From: the human T2T-CHM13v2.0 reference genome, Homo sapiens | Assembly: GCF_009914755.1 (NCBI RefSeq) | Contig: NC_060925.1 | DNA length: 64,000 bases | Strand: one strand, 5' to 3' | In this document: positions 57,741 through 64,000 of the stretch, in pieces | How positions within the stretch are numbered: position 1 is the stretch's first letter | Layout: the number at the start of each line of letters is the position of its first letter | Position numbers and translations under genes: made by a program | The notes under the pieces: generated by a model | The model's input: the letters and a program-made list of their open reading frames with translations, nothing else | Database searches by the model: none | What the model was told of the DNA's origin: nothing

Positions 57741-58167
57741 TATTTAAGACAATGCTCACGTGAGTACCTCTCTGCATGCTTTAAAAGTTATTCCTCTTTG
57801 CAGCTTTTCCTGCCTTCTCTGCCCAGCCAAGTAACTGTGCCCACCTGCCCCCTGCCACCTGTGGGACTTCTACCACTTAGCAGCTGTTTGACCCCAGGCA
57901 AGCTCTTAACCACTTTGAGCCATGGTTTCCCCATCTAGAAAAGACACATGATCATAGTACATACATAATAAAGCTATCGGAAGGATTAAAGGATATTATG
58001 CATTTAATTTGCTTAGTGCAGAGCCCAGCATATTGTTAAGAGCTGTAATGCATTGTTACATATATATGTAATATGCATACACACACATATGTAAACTGAT
58101 AGGAGATACACAAAGTATTAGAAGTGCATCTCTAGAAGTTTTTGTTTTCTTATTTGTTTGGAAATCA

Positions 58168-58932
<765 letters not shown>

Positions 58933-59799
58933 TTATAGGAGACTGAGGCTCTGAGTGGTGAAGTAACTTGCCTGAGGTCACTCAGCAGCCACTGCCTGAA
59001 TCAGGATTTGAACCAAGCCCTGTTGATTCCAAAGGGTATCCTCTTGACACCATTTCTCTTTAAATAGTGAGGTCTTTGCAGGTAAAGGGAAAGCACAAAG
59101 CCTCCCAGGTTGGTCCAGCTTGGTCCTCGGGAATTCAAAGGTCTAATGAATGAGACCATCCTTGACTTCCGGAGTCCTTCGGCCCCCGGGACTGTTGGCT
59201 TGATTGCAGATAAAAAAGACACGGAAACTTCTTCTGTCCCAGTGTGACCTGGTTCCCTGTTGTCCTTCTAGTGCAGCAAAGCCAAGTTCTCACAGACCCT
59301 GTGGCTCCCAACCGCTTCCAATGGATTCATTGTCTGCCTTGTTTTGTTTGTCCCAAGTTCAGGCCACCCTGTTTTTGCCTGGTGAGTGGCCTCTTTCAAA
59401 GGTGAGCTGGCCTTTCTCTGCCTTTGACAATTGGTCCATTCAAAGGCGGCATGCATCTCCACAAGCAGGCCAATGTTGTCACACAGGCAGATCTCCAACA
59501 CAGCCACCAAGCGGGTGTGCAGGTAGGTGTCCATGTGCCTCAATGCCTAGTTGTGCACTCCATGCAGGAGGCAGGGCAGGGGTGAGAAGGGAGAGCCCGA
59601 GAGCACAGGAGAGTGTAGAACACGCCTGGGGACAGTCAGGTTAATGGCAGCTCTACCAAGAAGTGCTCTGCCATCCAGTAAGTGCGAGGAATGATCAAAG
59701 CTCTTTTTCTTAAAATGTACAGTATATATGTGAGCATGATGAAGGCTCTGAGAAGTTTTGCTGTAAGAAAAATTGGGGGACTTTTGAGAATTTCCATTT

Positions 59800-59920
59800 C
59801 CTTCCTTCCTCCCTCCCTTCCTTCCTCTCTCCTTCCCTTCCTTCTTCCCTCCCTCCCTCCCTCCCTCCCTTCCTTCCTTCCTTCCTTCCTTCTTTCCTTC
59901 CTTCCCCTCTCCCTTCTTTC
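59800..59920 (+). repeat. (TTCC/TCCC)n pyrimidine tract
   Basis: Direct reading. Confidence 0.9.
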
Positions 59921-60075
59921 CTCAACAAATGCTCCATGAGTTCCTGATATCCACCAGGAGCTGTCCCAGGTGTTAGGGATGTAGCCATGAACAAAGTAAG
60001 CCACGGCTTCCTGTCCCCATGGGGCTGACATTCCAGTGGGAAGAGACAGACAATAAACATAGTAAGTAAAGCATG

Positions 60076-60292
60076 CAGGGGTGTCTGATCTTTTGGCTTT
60101 CCTGGGCCACATTGGAAGGAGAAGAATTGTCTTGGGTCACACATAAAATACACTAGTGATAGCTGATGAGCTTTAAAAAATTGCAAAAAAAAAAAATCAA
60201 CGTTTTAAGAAAGTTTATGCATTTGTGTTGGGCTGCATTCAAAGCTGTCCTGGGCTGCATGAGGCCCATGTGCTGTGACTTGGACAAGCTTG
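60076..60292 (+). mobile_element. MER30 hAT-Charlie element inserted in L2 (about 59920-60580)
   Basis: caggggtgtc..atcttttggctt.cctgggccacattggaag.agaagaattgtcttggg ... ttggacaagcttg matches recalled MER30. Confidence 0.85.
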
Positions 60293-60677
60293 GCATAGAG
60301 TATGTCAGATGAGGGCAGTGCTGCGGAGGAGAATGAAGCAGGTGAGGAGGATAGAGGACGCTAGAGCGGGGGGGTGCTTTGCAGTTGTATGGAGGTGACA
60401 GCGTCCTAATTGAGAAGATGATGTTGATCCAAGACCTACAGGAGGCTGGGAAGCCCAGTCTGCAGACACCCACTTGGGAGAAGAGCATTCCAGGCAGAGG
60501 GGACTGCAAGTGCAAAGGCCCTGAGGTCCGAGCATGCCTGATGGGATTTAGGAGCAGCAGGGAAGCCAGCATGGCCACCAAACCCATTTCCCTCCCATAG
60601 GACAGGTTTTAAGCATCTGGGACTCTTTAGTCAAAAAGACCTGGGTTTATCCCAGCTTTACCTCTTCTCCTTGCCTA

Positions 60678-61370
<693 letters not shown>

Positions 61371-62002
61371 ATTACAGCTGTGTGAGGTTGTGTCAGCCCC
61401 AGCGGACCCACTGCCTTCCCAGGAGACCCTAGACTGAAAACATGCTGGCCATGGCAGCACCCTCTGCTGAATCCCCCAGCCCTGAGGCAGCAAAGAACAG
61501 AGGGAGGTTCTGAAATGGGCAGGGCCCCAGAGGGAGGGGTACTCCTCATGGTGAACCTGCTGTCAGCTCTCCTCACAGCAAATAACCCCTTGATGACAAG
61601 GAGAAATAGATTAGAGAGAATCACAGGAGAAATTTGAGATGCAAGGCCAAACCAAAAAGCCCACCAAGGTCAAAACTAAATGAAATGTGAACTTGCAGAG
61701 CGTCTTCTGAAATCCTGCTGGGCTTCCCGGCCCCTGCTCCGGGCACTGAGGGTAGGCCTTCTAAGACAGCAGGGCCACTAGGAGTTTAAGTATTCTTTCT
61801 CACAGCTCCTCCCCAACATGCCCAAATTCCTCATTCCCCTGCCAGCTAATTTTCACTGAGGCTCAGGAACGGCCTCCTTACTGCTGAGATTTTAAGATGG
61901 TTTACTTAACAAGTATTTATGAGTGCCAACTATGCACAGACACTGTTCTAGGCATTAGGTTACAAGATACATGATCTCTCTTCTCCTGTGGAGCTTTCAG
62001 AC

Positions 62003-62185
62003 CAGGAGTTCTCAAAGTGCGGTCCCTGGACCGGCAGCATCAGCATCACCTGGGATTCGGTAGAAAAGCAAATTCTTGGTCCCACCCCGGACCCACTGAA
62101 TCAGAAACTCTGGGGTGGAGCCCAGCAGTGTGGGCTTTAACAAGTCTTCCAGGTGATCCTGATGCATGCTAAACTATGAGAACCA
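62003..62185 (+). mobile_element. MER5A DNA transposon
   Basis: gttctcaaagtgcggtccc.ggacc.gcagcatcagcatcacctggga...actgaatcagaaactctggggtgg.gcccagca...tgagaacca. Confidence 0.9.
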
Positions 62186-62600
62186 GGCCGAACATGGCAG
62201 CTCTTGCCTGTAAGCCCAGCACTTTGGGAGGTCAAGGTGAGTGGATCACTTGAGACCAGGAGTTCGAGACCAGCCTGGCCAACATGACGAAACCCCTGTC
62301 TCTACTAAAAATACAAAAATGATGGCACGGTGGCTCATGCCTGTAATCCCAGCACTTTGGGAGGCTGAGACAGGTGGATCTCATGAGGTCAGGCGTTTGA
62401 GACCAGCCTGGCCAACATGGTGAAACCCCATCTCTACTAAAAATACAAAAATTAGCCAGGTATGATGGTGTGCACCTCTAATTTAATCAGCTAGTTGGGA
62501 AGCAGAGGCACAAGAACTGCTCAGGAATTTGAGGCTGTAGTGAGCTGTGATTACACCACTGTGCTACAGCTTGGATATGACCCTGTTGAATAAAGAAAGC
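62186..62600 (+). mobile_element. Trimeric Alu (two left arms plus degenerate right arm), followed by (GGAAT/GGAGT)n at about 62608-62670
   Basis: Left arm plus tctctactaaaaatacaaaaat linker occurs twice (ending about 62320 and 62452). Confidence 0.85.
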
Positions 62601-62734
62601 AAGAGAAAGGAATGGAATGGAGTGGAATGGAGTGGAGTGGAGTGGAGTGGAATGGAATGGAATGGAATGGAAAAAGGGAGGGAGGGAAAGAAAGAAACTA
62701 GGATGGAGAAGTGAATAAAATGTCTGGGAGGATA

Positions 62735-63260
62735 ATGCAGTAACTGGTCTCCAAAGATGGACTATCCTTCCCAATGTCCACACCTAGTGTAGTCCTCTCC
62801 CCTTGAATCTGGATTGGCTTGTGACCTCTTTTTGACCAACAGAATGCTGTAGAGGTGATGCTATGTAAAACCTGAGGCTAGGTCAGAAAATGCCTTACAG
62901 CTTTCACCTGAATCTCTTAGAATATTCACTCTTGGGATGCCCTGTCTTAGAACCCAACTGCCATGCTGTGAGAAGCCCATACCACATGGGCAGGGCACAG
63001 GCAGGCACTCTGACAACTTCAGCTCAGTTCCCAGCCTTCTGCCAGCATCAATCACTGGTCATGTGAATGTGCCATCTTGGATATTCCAGCCCAGTTGAGC
63101 TCCCCACAGATGACTGCAGCCCCCAGAGGGTGCCATGTGGAACAGAAGAGCCACCAGCTGAGCCCTGTCAATTGCAGACTCACAAGAGATCATACAACTA
63201 TTATTGTTTTAACCCACTCAGTTTTGGGAGGATAACACAGGATGAAGCAATAGAGAGGTG
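62735..63260 (+). mobile_element. MLT1-type LTR
   Basis: tccaaagatgg...tgtagtcc.ctccccttgaatctgg...tgaccaacagaatg...gccatgctgtgagaagccca...ccagctgagccc...ttgttttaa.ccact.agttttggg. Confidence 0.8.
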
Positions 63261-63689
63261 AGGCAGATAGGATTCTGACACTTGTGGGTTCCACCTTGAG
63301 GAAATCCCATGCATGGAAATTCAAACATACCTGGGCATTGTGTGAGCAAAGCTAGGGGTGAAGGGAGCAGCAGGAAATGCAGGTGGGAGATCGGATACTT
63401 GGGATCTGGTCCTGTTTCTTCCACCAAGTTGCTGTGTGGCCTACAGCCTAAACCTTTCAGAACATCCTCTTGACACTGAGGGGCTTGGGTCCCATTGTCT
63501 CAGCACTGGCCCAGCTCTGACATCCTTAGCCAGCTAGATTCTTTACTAATCGTCAATCAACTGGCAGATTCCTGCCTCCAAGCATTTGCTCATGCTCAGC
63601 CACCTTCCTGGGGGGTCCCTAGGCATCCTCCCTGCTGGTGCCAGTCAACTGCCAACTTCCCAGTACTATTTCCAGAGCATGGGCTTTCT

Positions 63690-63860
63690 GGATCCAGACC
63701 ATTTGGGTTAAAATTCCAGCTCTATCAACTCCTATGTATGACGTTGATGAGGCTCTTAACCTCTGTGCCTTAGTTTTCCTTAGTAAAATAATAGTACCTC
63801 TCTCATGGGGGTAGTTGGGCAGACTTAATGTGATAATTCATGTAAAGCATTTAGCTCTGG
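63690..63860 (+). mobile_element. MIR SINE
   Basis: tgggttaaattccagctct...cttaacctctgtgccttagttttcct...taaaat...gataattcatgtaaagcatttag. Confidence 0.75.
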
Positions 63861-64000
63861 ACCTTACCCAAGTCAGCTACTGCCATGATTTCCTACTCAT
63901 TGCCTGTCTCACACATTTGTGCTCCACTGAGCATGTTTCATTTGAGTCTTGTCTCTTACCCATACATATCATCTCTCTCCTGACAAGCTGCAGGCTTCTG

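Noticed and set aside
62608-62670. (GGAAT)n as satellite III
   Set aside because: Only about 60 bp at an Alu tail; a simple repeat.

Overview
Primate (very likely human) euchromatic, GC- and Alu-rich, apparently intergenic DNA; I find no convincing multi-exon protein-coding gene. The only recognisable protein homology is a full-length processed copy of cyclophilin A (PPIA) on the minus strand (about 12337-13080). It has its own 5'/3' UTRs, poly(A) and target-site duplication (TSD), sits inside a Tigger3/MER7 DNA transposon, and keeps a 163-aa open frame with active-site substitutions. The rest is about 25 Alus, MIR/L2/L1M fragments, MaLR LTRs (MLT1, MST, THE1), DNA-transposon fossils and simple repeats. 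Most interesting: (1) a 24-bp minisatellite (34561-35185) bracketed by a branch point/3' splice site and a perfect 5' splice site, i.e. a candidate VNTR exon, with a candidate TATA-like promoter and first exon about 2 kb upstream; (2) two complex (GGAT)n arrays that are inverted copies of each other around a roughly 2-kb spacer; (3) several unique-sequence islands dense in PBX-HOX/MEIS/HOX13/POU/TCF/STAT motifs, suggesting distal developmental enhancers. Repeat subfamily names are from recall of consensus sequences, not from a RepeatMasker run; boundaries are approximate unless TSDs are given.
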